A stretch of 64,000 bases of DNA, from assembly GCA_947168445.1 (NCBI GenBank), contig CAMVLW010000006.1, positions 276 to 64,275 of the forward strand. Reading direction: 5' to 3'. The DNA comes from an uncultured Clostridia bacterium. GTDB taxonomy: Bacteria; Bacillota; Clostridia; Oscillospirales; Acutalibacteraceae. This document shows positions 55,875 through 64,000 of this stretch, piece by piece. Position 1 is the stretch's first letter. Each line of letters starts with the position of its first letter. The position numbers and the translations under genes were made by a program. Below the pieces are notes generated by a model, which ran no database searches, had not been told where the DNA came from, and was given only the letters and a program-made list of their open reading frames with translations.

Positions 55875-57710
55875 TTAGTTAATACTATCGAATTTTCCAA
55901 TATCGCACTGCAAAATCTCATGACAGCCCAAGCGCGTGCTCAGCGGCGCTAATTCCATGTAGTCGCCGTAGAGGAAGGTCAGGTATTCGTCATAGCGCTT
56001 CGGAACCGGCAGGGGATAGCCCTCAAAATCCCTGTAAACCACTTCGTCCAAAATCGCAGCGTCAAAGCAGCCGTTATACACATTTCTGCCCATGCCGTCA
56101 TACAAATATTTGGCGTTCTTTTTTCTTTTAAAGAAACTAATGGTGTGGTTCATCAAAAAGTAGCTAAATCGCAGCGGGAAGATTTTCACGCAGACATTCG
56201 TCACCGCCGACTGCAGGCGGCTGCCGTTGTCCACCTTGCGGTGATTCCACTTGTTGAGCACCAGCGCGCGGGTAAACAGCGTCATCGCAAGGTGGATTTT
56301 CCTGCCAAGCGCGGAGTTCGCGGTCTTGTCGTGGCAGAAAATATCAAACGCAATTCCGATGTTGATGTCCTTGTGGTTGCGCGCCAGTTCCGTTGCGAAC
56401 ACGGTGTTTTCCACGCGCAGCTTGTTGAACTCGTAAAAACAATTTTTGTCCGTTTTGCCGGATTGAAAGGTAACGCCCGCAGGCAGCTCGCTCTGGGCAA
56501 TTTCAGCGAATTTATCGTAGTCCTCGCGCAGCATCATGATGTCGGAGTCGTCGTCCCACGGAATAAAGCCGCCGTGACGAATCGCGCCGAGCAGCGTGCC
56601 GCCGCCGAGGAAATACTTGATGTTGTGTTTGCGGCATATCCTGTCCACTTCCAGCAGATAGGCAAGCTGCATCTTCTGAATCGCGTCCAGTCTGCCGTCG
56701 TGCGTGTTGGGAAGCTGCATATCCGTAGTGTCGTCCATGTAACTCATGACGCACAGCTCCAACGCGGTTTCCAACTTTATTGCCGGCGTAAAGCCGTGGG
56801 CTTCCGCTTTTCCGCCGCTGATGGCGCAGGCGTTTTCATCATCACCGTCAACCAAGGCGATTTGCGCCTTTTCATGATAAACATCATGCAGAATCGCCGC
56901 AATCGTGCCCGCCGAAGCGGTTCCGTTCAGCCCGGTGATGTTGTAGGTCGTGTTCACGGGCAGTTCAAACAGCGCGTAAACTATCGCGCGGAACACATCA
57001 GTGATATATACAAATGAATACTTCTTACCGTTTGTCAGTGTGCAGGGCTTGCCCTGTGCCACAGCCTTTAAAGCGTCGTCAAGAAAGGTTTTTAACCCGC
57101 AGTAAGCGCCCAAAACAATGCCTGTTCGCAGCACGGTGAGGGAGAAGCTGCGCGCCTTTTGCTCACAATGCCACAGGCTTTCGATGGTGCGCAGCAATTG
57201 GTTGTCAAAGAAAGCCGCGTCGGTGTTGACAAGCGGCGCGTATTCGTTTTCGGCATACACGCGGCTGCGCTTTCCGTTGCCATAAACGCGGCTGTCGCTG
57301 AGCAGCACCACCTTCGCCTTTGTCCGTCCGGCAAGCGCCGCCAATGCCTGCACACGGCGGATTTCCTCTTGAAACGCAGCGCTGAAGCTTTCGCTTTTTT
57401 CGCAGCAAAAGCCGGTGTGAATCATCATGTCAACTTCGTTTATTTCTTCAAGAGAATCAAAATTGACAGACGTAAAGAATTCACTCTCGCGACATTCCGC
57501 GTAAAAGCCGCCGCAATCGCCCGCAAAAATCACCCTGCAGTCCAGCCCTCTCTGCTCCGACTGATAAACCAGCGCATAGCAAAGACAGCGGGCAAGTGAA
57601 TGTCCGCTGACAAGAATGGTTTTATGTTTAAGCCTTGCAAGCTTTTCCTTTTCCAGCTGTGGCATCGCCGCCCAGTCTGCTTCAAATTCGTTTAGCTTTG
57701 TTTTAATCAT
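55875..57710 (-). CDS. Degenerate NAD-dependent epimerase/dehydratase fused to LicD-family phosphotransferase
   Basis: N-terminal extended-SDR-like domain; C-terminal GGTLLGAIRHGGFIPWDDDSDIMM and YLTFLYGDYM. Confidence 0.85.
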   Translation of the reverse strand: MIKTKLNEFEADWAAMPQLEKEKLARLKHKTILVSGHSLARCLCYALVYQSEQRGLDCRVIFAGDCGGFYAECRESEFFTSVNFDSLEEINEVDMMIHTGFCCEKSESFSAAFQEEIRRVQALAALAGRTKAKVVLLSDSRVYGNGKRSRVYAENEYAPLVNTDAAFFDNQLLRTIESLWHCEQKARSFSLTVLRTGIVLGAYCGLKTFLDDALKAVAQGKPCTLTNGKKYSFVYITDVFRAIVYALFELPVNTTYNITGLNGTASAGTIAAILHDVYHEKAQIALVDGDDENACAISGGKAEAHGFTPAIKLETALELCVMSYMDDTTDMQLPNTHDGRLDAIQKMQLAYLLEVDRICRKHNIKYFLGGGTLLGAIRHGGFIPWDDDSDIMMLREDYDKFAEIAQSELPAGVTFQSGKTDKNCFYEFNKLRVENTVFATELARNHKDINIGIAFDIFCHDKTANSALGRKIHLAMTLFTRALVLNKWNHRKVDNGSRLQSAVTNVCVKIFPLRFSYFLMNHTISFFKRKKNAKYLYDGMGRNVYNGCFDAAILDEVVYRDFEGYPLPVPKRYDEYLTFLYGDYMELAPLSTRLGCHEILQCDIGKFDSIN

Positions 57711-58459
57711 TTCTTCTTCGCTTTTTTCTGGCTCTCTTTGTAGTCGTGATATACCTTCAGCGTTTCCTCGGTGGGACCGTCAAAAATCACCGTACCCTTA
57801 CGCAGATAAATTGAGCGGGGGCAGATTTCTTTAACGGAATCCGCACTGTGGCTGACGTAAAGCACCGTGGTGCCTGCGGAGATAATATCCTTGATTTTCT
57901 CCTTGCATTTTTTCTTAAAGCTTGCGTCGCCGACCGCCAGCGCTTCGTCAACAACCAGCACGTCCGGCTCAATGTTGACGTTAATCGCAAAGCCGAGGCG
58001 CATTTTCATACCGCTGGAATAGGTGCGTACCGGCTGGTCAATGTAGTCGCCCAACTCGGCAAACTCGATGATTTTTTCCTCAATTTCCTTGATATACTCA
58101 TCCTCTAAGCCGAGAATATAGCCCTTGAGGTAAATGTTCTCTCTGCCGGTCATTTCCAGCGAAAAGCCCGCCGTCAGCTCCAGCAGTGCCGCCACCTTGC
58201 CGTCAACGATAATGTCGCCCTCGTCGGGAAAGGCAACGCCCGTAATCATTTTGAGCAGGGTCGATTTTCCCGCGCCGTTGTCACCGACAATGCCGACGGA
58301 TTCGCCGCGGTAAATCTCAAACGAAACCTTGTTGAGCGCCTTGTTGGTTTTGGGGTTGCGCGGCTTGAAGAACAGCGCCTTAAACCGCGCTTGGTCGTTT
58401 TTATAAAGTATATAGGTTTTGCTGACGTCTTTAAAGGTAATAATCGGTTTGTTGTCCAT
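57707..58459 (-). CDS. Teichoic acid/polysaccharide ABC exporter ATP-binding protein (TagH-like)
   Basis: GDNGAGKSTL, YSSGMKMRLGF, VVDEALAVGD. Confidence 0.92.
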   Translation of the reverse strand: MDNKPIITFKDVSKTYILYKNDQARFKALFFKPRNPKTNKALNKVSFEIYRGESVGIVGDNGAGKSTLLKMITGVAFPDEGDIIVDGKVAALLELTAGFSLEMTGRENIYLKGYILGLEDEYIKEIEEKIIEFAELGDYIDQPVRTYSSGMKMRLGFAINVNIEPDVLVVDEALAVGDASFKKKCKEKIKDIISAGTTVLYVSHSADSVKEICPRSIYLRKGTVIFDGPTEETLKVYHDYKESQKKAKKK

Positions 58460-58470
58460 GCTTTACCTCC

Positions 58471-59316
58471 TTACAGCACGTCGGGCAGCTTTTTCCTAAG
58501 CCGGTTGTAGTTGAAAATGCCCAGCAGCGTCACAACCACAAGCTCCGCCAAGAACACCACCAGTTCTGTTTTGTATACCCAAAAGCCGCGGTGATAGAGG
58601 AAGGTGTTGCGGTAGCCGTTGGCAAAGAAGTTAATCGGGTTAATCAGCATTGCCCATTTCAGAGGACCTGTGAAGCTGTAGGAGTCATACATAATACCCG
58701 ACAGCCAGAACACACCCGACATGACCGATACAATCAGGCTTTCAAAGTCCTTTGAGAATGCCGCCATCGGAGCGGTTGACCACGAAAGCGCCAGAAAGAA
58801 GAAGAACAGCAGCGGGCAGTAGAAGAAGAACTGCAAATCATACCAGTCAAAGGGCGGATTGCCGTTTGACACGCGGTAGAAGATGATGTAGCCGTACAGA
58901 ATCACGCACAAAAACAGGTGAACGAACAATCTCGAAAGCCCTGTGTAGGTCAAAATGGTAGAAACAGGGAATTTTACCTTGGTGATAAACTGGCGGTTGG
59001 TGCGCAGCGTTTTGGCGCCCTGCACAATGCTGTCCTGAATAAAGAACCACGGGATAATGCCGACAAACATAAAGGTGAAAAAGTCGAACGAAAACGCCGC
59101 GTGTTCCATGCCGTTGAGGTGCACCTTAACGGCTTTGAGCGCCTTGATTCCCACCGAAAACGCGAACCAGTAAACAAAAACGGTGAACGCGGGCTTTACC
59201 GCCGCCCACAGCGGACCGATTACAGCGCCCTTGTAGGTTTTAACCAGTTCGTTTTTGGCGAGCAAAAAGATTTGCTTGCCAAATCCCTTGTGTTCCTTTA
59301 ATATAGAAGTGAACAA
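58471..59316 (-). CDS. ABC-2 exporter permease (TagG-like)
   Basis: YKGAVIGPLW, GIIPWFF, VKFP, LINP; upstream of the TagH-like ATPase. Confidence 0.9.
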   Translation of the reverse strand: MFTSILKEHKGFGKQIFLLAKNELVKTYKGAVIGPLWAAVKPAFTVFVYWFAFSVGIKALKAVKVHLNGMEHAAFSFDFFTFMFVGIIPWFFIQDSIVQGAKTLRTNRQFITKVKFPVSTILTYTGLSRLFVHLFLCVILYGYIIFYRVSNGNPPFDWYDLQFFFYCPLLFFFFLALSWSTAPMAAFSKDFESLIVSVMSGVFWLSGIMYDSYSFTGPLKWAMLINPINFFANGYRNTFLYHRGFWVYKTELVVFLAELVVVTLLGIFNYNRLRKKLPDVL

Positions 59317-59582
59317 AAAAACACATCCTATCTATGATAACATAAAAATCAGTTTCTTAATTTCTCGGTTTTATTCTCAAATTCCGGGGCTAATCATCAA
59401 CCACCGCCCTTCAATTGCCGTATTTATCCACTATACATTTAACTAATACCATTATATATGATTTCCGTCATTTGTCAATCTGCCAAAAGCCTAAGATTAG
59501 GGGAGCGCGGAAGGAAATAATTGTGAATTTTTGGTTGACAAACCGATTTTTCGTGCTATAATATATCTGTTGCATTGTGCGA

Positions 59583-59633
59583 CAAATCCTTGCGGCAGCA
59601 GCCGCCATTAAGTCCAGAAGGAGGTGCAAAGAA
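59583..59633 (+). promoter_or_regulatory. S6:S18 autoregulatory leader of rpsF
   Basis: TCCTTGC-hairpin-...TCCAGAAGGAGGTG architecture as in Firmicutes rpsF leaders; TTGACA-17-TATAAT promoter upstream. Confidence 0.65.
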
Positions 59634-59930
59634 ATGGCAGTAACAGCAAATTATGAGTGTGTAATGGTCGTAACCCTGAAGAAGGGCGAGGAGGCAGTTC
59701 AGTCTGTTGTCGAGAGATTTAAGACACTCATCGAGCAGAACGCCACTTTGAAGAATGTTGACGAATGGGGCAAGAGAAAGCTTGCTTACCTCATCAACAA
59801 GGAAAGCGAAGGCTATTATGTTCTCTTTGATTTTGAGTCCGAAGCCCTGTTCCCTGCGGAGCTCGACCGTAAACTCAGAATCAACGAAGACGTTATGCGT
59901 TCCATGATTATCAAAAAGGAAGTTGAATAA
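59634..59930 (+). CDS. rpsF: 30S ribosomal protein S6
   Basis: WGKRKLAYLINK, EGYY, ELDRKLRI. Confidence 0.96.
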   Translation: MAVTANYECVMVVTLKKGEEAVQSVVERFKTLIEQNATLKNVDEWGKRKLAYLINKESEGYYVLFDFESEALFPAELDRKLRINEDVMRSMIIKKEVE

Positions 59931-59974
59931 GCATTTTGTAGGGGATAATCCCCGAACGTGAAAGGATGACAGGT

Positions 59975-60511
59975 ATGTTGAACAGAGTTATTTTAATGGG
60001 CAGACTGGTTTCTGACCCCGAGCTGAAAACCACCGCCTCAGGCATCAGCGTCACAAGCTTTCGTATCGCGGTCGACCGCGGATATGTGAAGCAGGGCGAG
60101 GAGCGCAAGGCGGATTTCATCGACATTGTGTGCTGGAGACAGCAGGCGGAATTTGTCTGCCGCTATTTCGGCAAGGGCGCGATGATTGCGGTGGAAGGTC
60201 AGCTTCAAACCAGAACCTATCAGGCAAAGGACGGCACCAACCGCTATGTGGTTGAGGTTGTGGCGGACAATGTTTCGTTTACCGGCGAGCGCCGCGATAA
60301 TTCCGGCGGCAACTACGGCGGCAACCAGTCCTACGGTCAGCCCTACGGAGGCAATCAGTCTTACGGCGGCAATCAGTCCTACAATGCGCCGGCACCCCAG
60401 CAGAGTTATAACGCTCCCGCTGCTCCCGCCGCACCCGCGCAGCCCTCTTACCAGAGCGGCAGCAACGCTGATTTTCAGGAAATGCCGTTTGACGACGATT
60501 TGCCGTTTTAA
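59975..60511 (+). CDS. ssb: Single-stranded DNA-binding protein
   Basis: MLNRVILMGRL, ADFIDIVCW, C-terminal DDDLPF. Confidence 0.97.
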   Translation: MLNRVILMGRLVSDPELKTTASGISVTSFRIAVDRGYVKQGEERKADFIDIVCWRQQAEFVCRYFGKGAMIAVEGQLQTRTYQAKDGTNRYVVEVVADNVSFTGERRDNSGGNYGGNQSYGQPYGGNQSYGGNQSYNAPAPQQSYNAPAAPAAPAQPSYQSGSNADFQEMPFDDDLPF

Positions 60512-60560
60512 TTTTTGAATTTTACTTTTTGAATAATTCTCATTGAAAGGAGAACCTGCA

Positions 60561-60800
60561 ATGGCTGAAAGACCCAACAACCGCGGCAGAAAGTCCCGCA
60601 AGAAGGTTTGCGGCTTCTGCGTTGATAAGGTAGAGCACATTGATTACAAGGATATTGCGCGTCTTCGCCGCTATATGTCCGAAAGAGGAAAGATTCTTCC
60701 CCGCCGTGTAACAGGCACCTGCGCAAGACATCAGCGTGACCTGACCACCGCTATCAAGCGTGCGCGTCAAATCGCTCTGCTTCCCTACACAGCAGACTAA
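60561..60800 (+). CDS. rpsR: 30S ribosomal protein S18 (zinc-binding form)
   Basis: [25 protein letters not shown]. Confidence 0.97.
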   Translation: MAERPNNRGRKSRKKVCGFCVDKVEHIDYKDIARLRRYMSERGKILPRRVTGTCARHQRDLTTAIKRARQIALLPYTAD

Positions 60801-60811
60801 TTTTCGCTTTC

Positions 60812-60842
60812 AAGACCGACCTTCGGGCCGGTCTTTTTCTTT
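60812..60842 (+). terminator. Intrinsic terminator after rpsR
   Basis: AAGACCGACC-TTCG-GGCCGGTCTTTTT. Confidence 0.8.
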
Positions 60843-60854
60843 GTTATCATTCAC

Positions 60855-60883
60855 TTGACAAATACCCCACGGGGGTATATAAT
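60855..60883 (+). promoter_or_regulatory. csoR-copA promoter with CsoR operator
   Basis: TTGACA-17-TATAAT enclosing ATACCCCACGGGGGTAT, the C/G-tract CsoR box. Confidence 0.88.
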
Positions 60884-60904
60884 AAGAGCAGAAATCAAAA
60901 TGAG

Positions 60905-61213
60905 GTGAAAGCCATGCCGTGCGAGCACTGTATGCAAAAAACCAAGCACCGCGAGGGTGACGAATACAAAAAGCTTCTCAACCGTCTCAGCCGCATTGAG
61001 GGACAAATCCGCGGTATCCGCAAGATGGTGGAGGACGACGCCTACTGCACCGATATTCTCATGCAGGTGTCGGCAGTCACCGCCGCGCTCAACGCCTTTA
61101 ACAAAGAACTGCTTTCCAATCATATTCACACCTGCGTTGCAAATGATATTCGAGAGGGAAAAGACGAAACGATTGACGAACTGTGCGAAACGCTGAAAAA
61201 GCTGATGAAGTGA
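60905..61213 (+). CDS. csoR: Copper-sensing repressor CsoR
   Basis: RLSRIEGQIRGI, YCTDILMQ, HIHTCV. Confidence 0.93.
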   Translation: MKAMPCEHCMQKTKHREGDEYKKLLNRLSRIEGQIRGIRKMVEDDAYCTDILMQVSAVTAALNAFNKELLSNHIHTCVANDIREGKDETIDELCETLKKLMK

Positions 61214-61228
61214 GAAAAAGGAGTCGTT

Positions 61229-63748
61229 ATGCAGCAATACAACGTAAACGGAATGTCCTGCGCTGCGTGCAGCGCGCGGGTGGAAAAGGCGGTTTCCAAG
61301 CTTGAAAACGTCAGCGCCTGCTCGGTCAGCCTGCTCACGAATTCCATGGGAGTAGAGGGCACCGCCACGCCGCAGGAAATCATCAAGGCGGTGGAGGACG
61401 CGGGCTATTCCGCAACGCTCAAGGGAGCGGAAAAGGCAAAGACTGCCGGCGATGCCGACGCGCTCAAAGACACCGAAACGCCGAAAATCCTCAAACGGCT
61501 GATCGCCTCGCTCGCCTTTTTGCTGGTGCTCATGTATTTTTCAATGGGGCATATGATTGGCTTGCCGCTGCCGCCGTTTTTTGAGGGGAACCATGTCGCA
61601 ATGGGACTTGTCCAGCTTTTGCTCGCGGCAATTGTCATGATGATTAACCAGAAATTCTTTATCAGCGGCTTCAAGGGCGTGCTGCACCGCGCGCCGAATA
61701 TGGACACCCTTGTCGCGCTCGGCTCCGGCACGGCGTTTGCCTACAGCACCTATTCGCTGTTTATGATGACCGCCGCGCAGCTTCACGGCGACCATGCGGC
61801 GGTCATGGGCTATATGAACGAATTCTACTTTGAGTCGGCGGCAATGATTCTCACGCTGATTACCGTCGGCAAGCTGCTCGAAGCAAAGTCAAAAGGGCGC
61901 ACCACCAACGCGCTCAAAAGTCTGATGAGCCTTTCACCGAAAACCGCCGTTGTCGAGCGCAACGGCGTGGAAACCGAAATCGGCATTGACGAGGTCAACA
62001 GGGGAGAGGTATTTATCGTCCGTGCGGGCGGCAGTGTTCCCGTTGACGGCGTGATTTTGGAGGGCAGCTGTGCGGTGGACGAATCCGCTCTCACAGGGGA
62101 GAGCGTTCCTGTTGACAAGACGGCTGGCGATTCCGTTTCGGCGGCAACCATCAACCGTTCGGGTTATATCCGCTGTCAGGCGACGCGCGTCGGTGAGGAC
62201 ACCATGCTCTCTCAGATTATCAAGATGGTCAGCGACGCGGCGGCGACAAAGGCGCCGATTGCCAAAATTGCCGACAGAGTATCGGGCATTTTTGTGCCTG
62301 CGGTTATCGCAATCGCAATCATCACACTGGTGATTTGGCTGCTGCTCGGAGAGTCGGTCGGCTTTGCGCTGGCGCGGGCGATTTCCGTTTTGGTGATTAG
62401 CTGTCCGTGCGCGCTCGGCTTGGCAACGCCTGTGGCGATTATGGTCGGCAGCGGCGTCGGCGCCCGCAACGGAATCCTGTTCAAAAACGCGGTTTCACTG
62501 GAAGAAACAGGCAAGATTAAAACCGTTGTGCTCGACAAAACCGGCACCATCACACGCGGCGAGCCGGTTGTGACAGATATTGTTGCCTCCGGCAGCGAAA
62601 GTGTGCTGCTTTCTGCGGCTGTTTCGCTCGAAAGCAAAAGCGAGCACCCGCTGGCACGGGCGGTCATGCAGTACGCGGAGGAGCAGAATATTTCCGCAAG
62701 AGAAATTTCAGACTATCAAACCTTTGCGGGCAACGGCTTGTCGGCTGATTACAATGGCGAAATCCTGCGCGGCGGAAACCTCGCCTTTATCAGCGCGAAT
62801 TGCGCGGTTCCCGAAGCAATCAAGCAGCAAGCCGAAGCGCTGGCGGAGCAGGGCAAAACCCCCTTATATTTCTCAAAAGGAAATAAGCTGCTCGGCATTA
62901 TCGCCGTTGCCGACGTGGTGAAGCCCGACAGTCCCGCGGCGATTGCGGAGCTGAAAAAAATGGGCTTGCGCGTTGTCATGCTCACGGGAGATAATGAAAA
63001 AACCGCCGCCGCAATCGGCAGAGCGGCGGGTGTGGATGAAGTCATCGCGGGCGTTTTGCCCGATGAAAAGGCGGCGCAGGTCAACCGCTTGCGTGCGAGC
63101 GGCAAGATTGCAATGGTTGGCGACGGCATCAACGACGCGCCCGCGCTCACTGCGGCTGACGTCGGAATCGCCATCGGCGCCGGAACCGACGTTGCCATTG
63201 ACGCCGCCGACGTGGTACTGATGAAGAGCCGCCTCAGCGACGTTCCCGCCGCGATTAAGCTCGGCAGGGCGACCCTGCGCAATATTTACCAAAACCTGTT
63301 CTGGGCGTTCATCTATAATGTAATCGGAATTCCGCTGGCGGCGGGCGCGTTTATCGGGCTGTTCGGCTGGAAGCTTAATCCCATGTTCGGCGCCGCGGCA
63401 ATGTCGCTTTCAAGCTTCTGCGTCGTTACCAACGCTCTGCGGCTGAATTTCGCGCGAATTTATCCCAAAACCGAAAGTATTTCGGCGCCTGCCGAAGTCA
63501 ATAAAAATGAAGTCAAAATCAAAGTTGAAAAGGAGAAACCAACCATGACTGTAACCATGAAAATCAACGGAATGATGTGCGAGCACTGCGAAGCGCGCGT
63601 AAAAAAGACCCTGGAGAATATCCCGCAGGTGGAAAAGGCAGAGGTCAGCCACACCGAGAACAGAGCTGTTGTGACCCTCAAAGAGGAGGTTCCGTTCAGC
63701 GTGCTGAAGGAAGCGGTGGAAGCGCAGGACTATCAAGTAGTCGAATGA
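61229..63748 (+). CDS. copA: Copper-translocating P1B-type ATPase
   Basis: GMSCAAC, TGES, CPC, DKTGT, SEHP, GDGINDAP, YN and MSLSS, C-terminal GMMCEHC domain. Confidence 0.95.
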   Translation: MQQYNVNGMSCAACSARVEKAVSKLENVSACSVSLLTNSMGVEGTATPQEIIKAVEDAGYSATLKGAEKAKTAGDADALKDTETPKILKRLIASLAFLLVLMYFSMGHMIGLPLPPFFEGNHVAMGLVQLLLAAIVMMINQKFFISGFKGVLHRAPNMDTLVALGSGTAFAYSTYSLFMMTAAQLHGDHAAVMGYMNEFYFESAAMILTLITVGKLLEAKSKGRTTNALKSLMSLSPKTAVVERNGVETEIGIDEVNRGEVFIVRAGGSVPVDGVILEGSCAVDESALTGESVPVDKTAGDSVSAATINRSGYIRCQATRVGEDTMLSQIIKMVSDAAATKAPIAKIADRVSGIFVPAVIAIAIITLVIWLLLGESVGFALARAISVLVISCPCALGLATPVAIMVGSGVGARNGILFKNAVSLEETGKIKTVVLDKTGTITRGEPVVTDIVASGSESVLLSAAVSLESKSEHPLARAVMQYAEEQNISAREISDYQTFAGNGLSADYNGEILRGGNLAFISANCAVPEAIKQQAEALAEQGKTPLYFSKGNKLLGIIAVADVVKPDSPAAIAELKKMGLRVVMLTGDNEKTAAAIGRAAGVDEVIAGVLPDEKAAQVNRLRASGKIAMVGDGINDAPALTAADVGIAIGAGTDVAIDAADVVLMKSRLSDVPAAIKLGRATLRNIYQNLFWAFIYNVIGIPLAAGAFIGLFGWKLNPMFGAAAMSLSSFCVVTNALRLNFARIYPKTESISAPAEVNKNEVKIKVEKEKPTMTVTMKINGMMCEHCEARVKKTLENIPQVEKAEVSHTENRAVVTLKEEVPFSVLKEAVEAQDYQVVE

Positions 63749-63961
63749 CAGCTTGCTGTCAATTTATGACCGGCGGTCAATTCATGTTTGAAAAACAATT
63801 CATGGCGAAGCCAATTCATTCCCACACCAAGGTTTGTGAATGTTGGATGTGTTTCATTTCCCACAGACGTTTGTGCGGGAATGAATTGAACCTTCGGTTC
63901 ATGAATTGTTGCACATGAATTTTGCCGTTGGCAAATGAATTGATTTGCTGTGCAAATCATG
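63746..63961. repeat. Symmetric CAATTCAT/ATGAATTG repeat array with interspersed mini-hairpins
   Basis: Forward copies at 63760, 63778, 63796, 63812; inverted copies at 63880, 63900, 63914, 63934. Confidence 0.75.
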
Positions 63962-64000
63962 TATAAATCAAAGCCTCCGGTTCATAATAGAATCGGAGGT

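Noticed and set aside
60305-60385. GGCAAYCAGTCYTAC repeats
   Set aside because: Encode the GGNQSY disordered linker of SSB, a common feature
63746-63961. CRISPR array
   Set aside because: Repeats are 8-9 nt with short palindromic spacers and switch orientation midway; no cas genes in the window

Overview
Firmicutes (Clostridia; gene content suggests an Oscillospiraceae/Ruminococcaceae-like gut anaerobe) chromosomal window in two parts. Bases 1-30.7 kb are a nested mobile region. An IS66 sits beside an inner mobilizable element (MobA/MobL relaxase with a MOBQ oriT, a large serine recombinase with a tandem zinc-finger tail, TnpW, TnpV). That inner element appears to have inserted into the serine recombinase gene of an outer element (MOBP relaxase/MobC, ParB, ParM/ParR, sigma-70-like factor). 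The outer element carries two AT-rich cargo blocks, each closed by a tnpV 3' end. The first is an uncharacterised five-gene operon ending in a lipoprotein-anchored LHH nuclease toxin plus SMI1/KNR4 immunity gene, the best candidate here for an undescribed system. The second is a type I R-M system followed by HEPN-like and other candidate defence genes. The region ends at a tRNA-3'-like scar and an RT-deleted group IIC intron containing a palindromic MITE. Bases 30.7-64 kb are mostly ordinary: aldo-keto reductases and flavodoxins, T-box trpEGDCFBA, dinB, a PASTA/YARHG pseudokinase, queA-(dinJ-yafQ)-tgt-yajC, asd-dapA-dapB, tagGH-like ABC transporter with an SDR-LicD fusion, rpsF-ssb-rpsR, csoR-copA, and a symmetric CAATTCAT repeat array. 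All family assignments come from motif recognition by eye; no searches were run.
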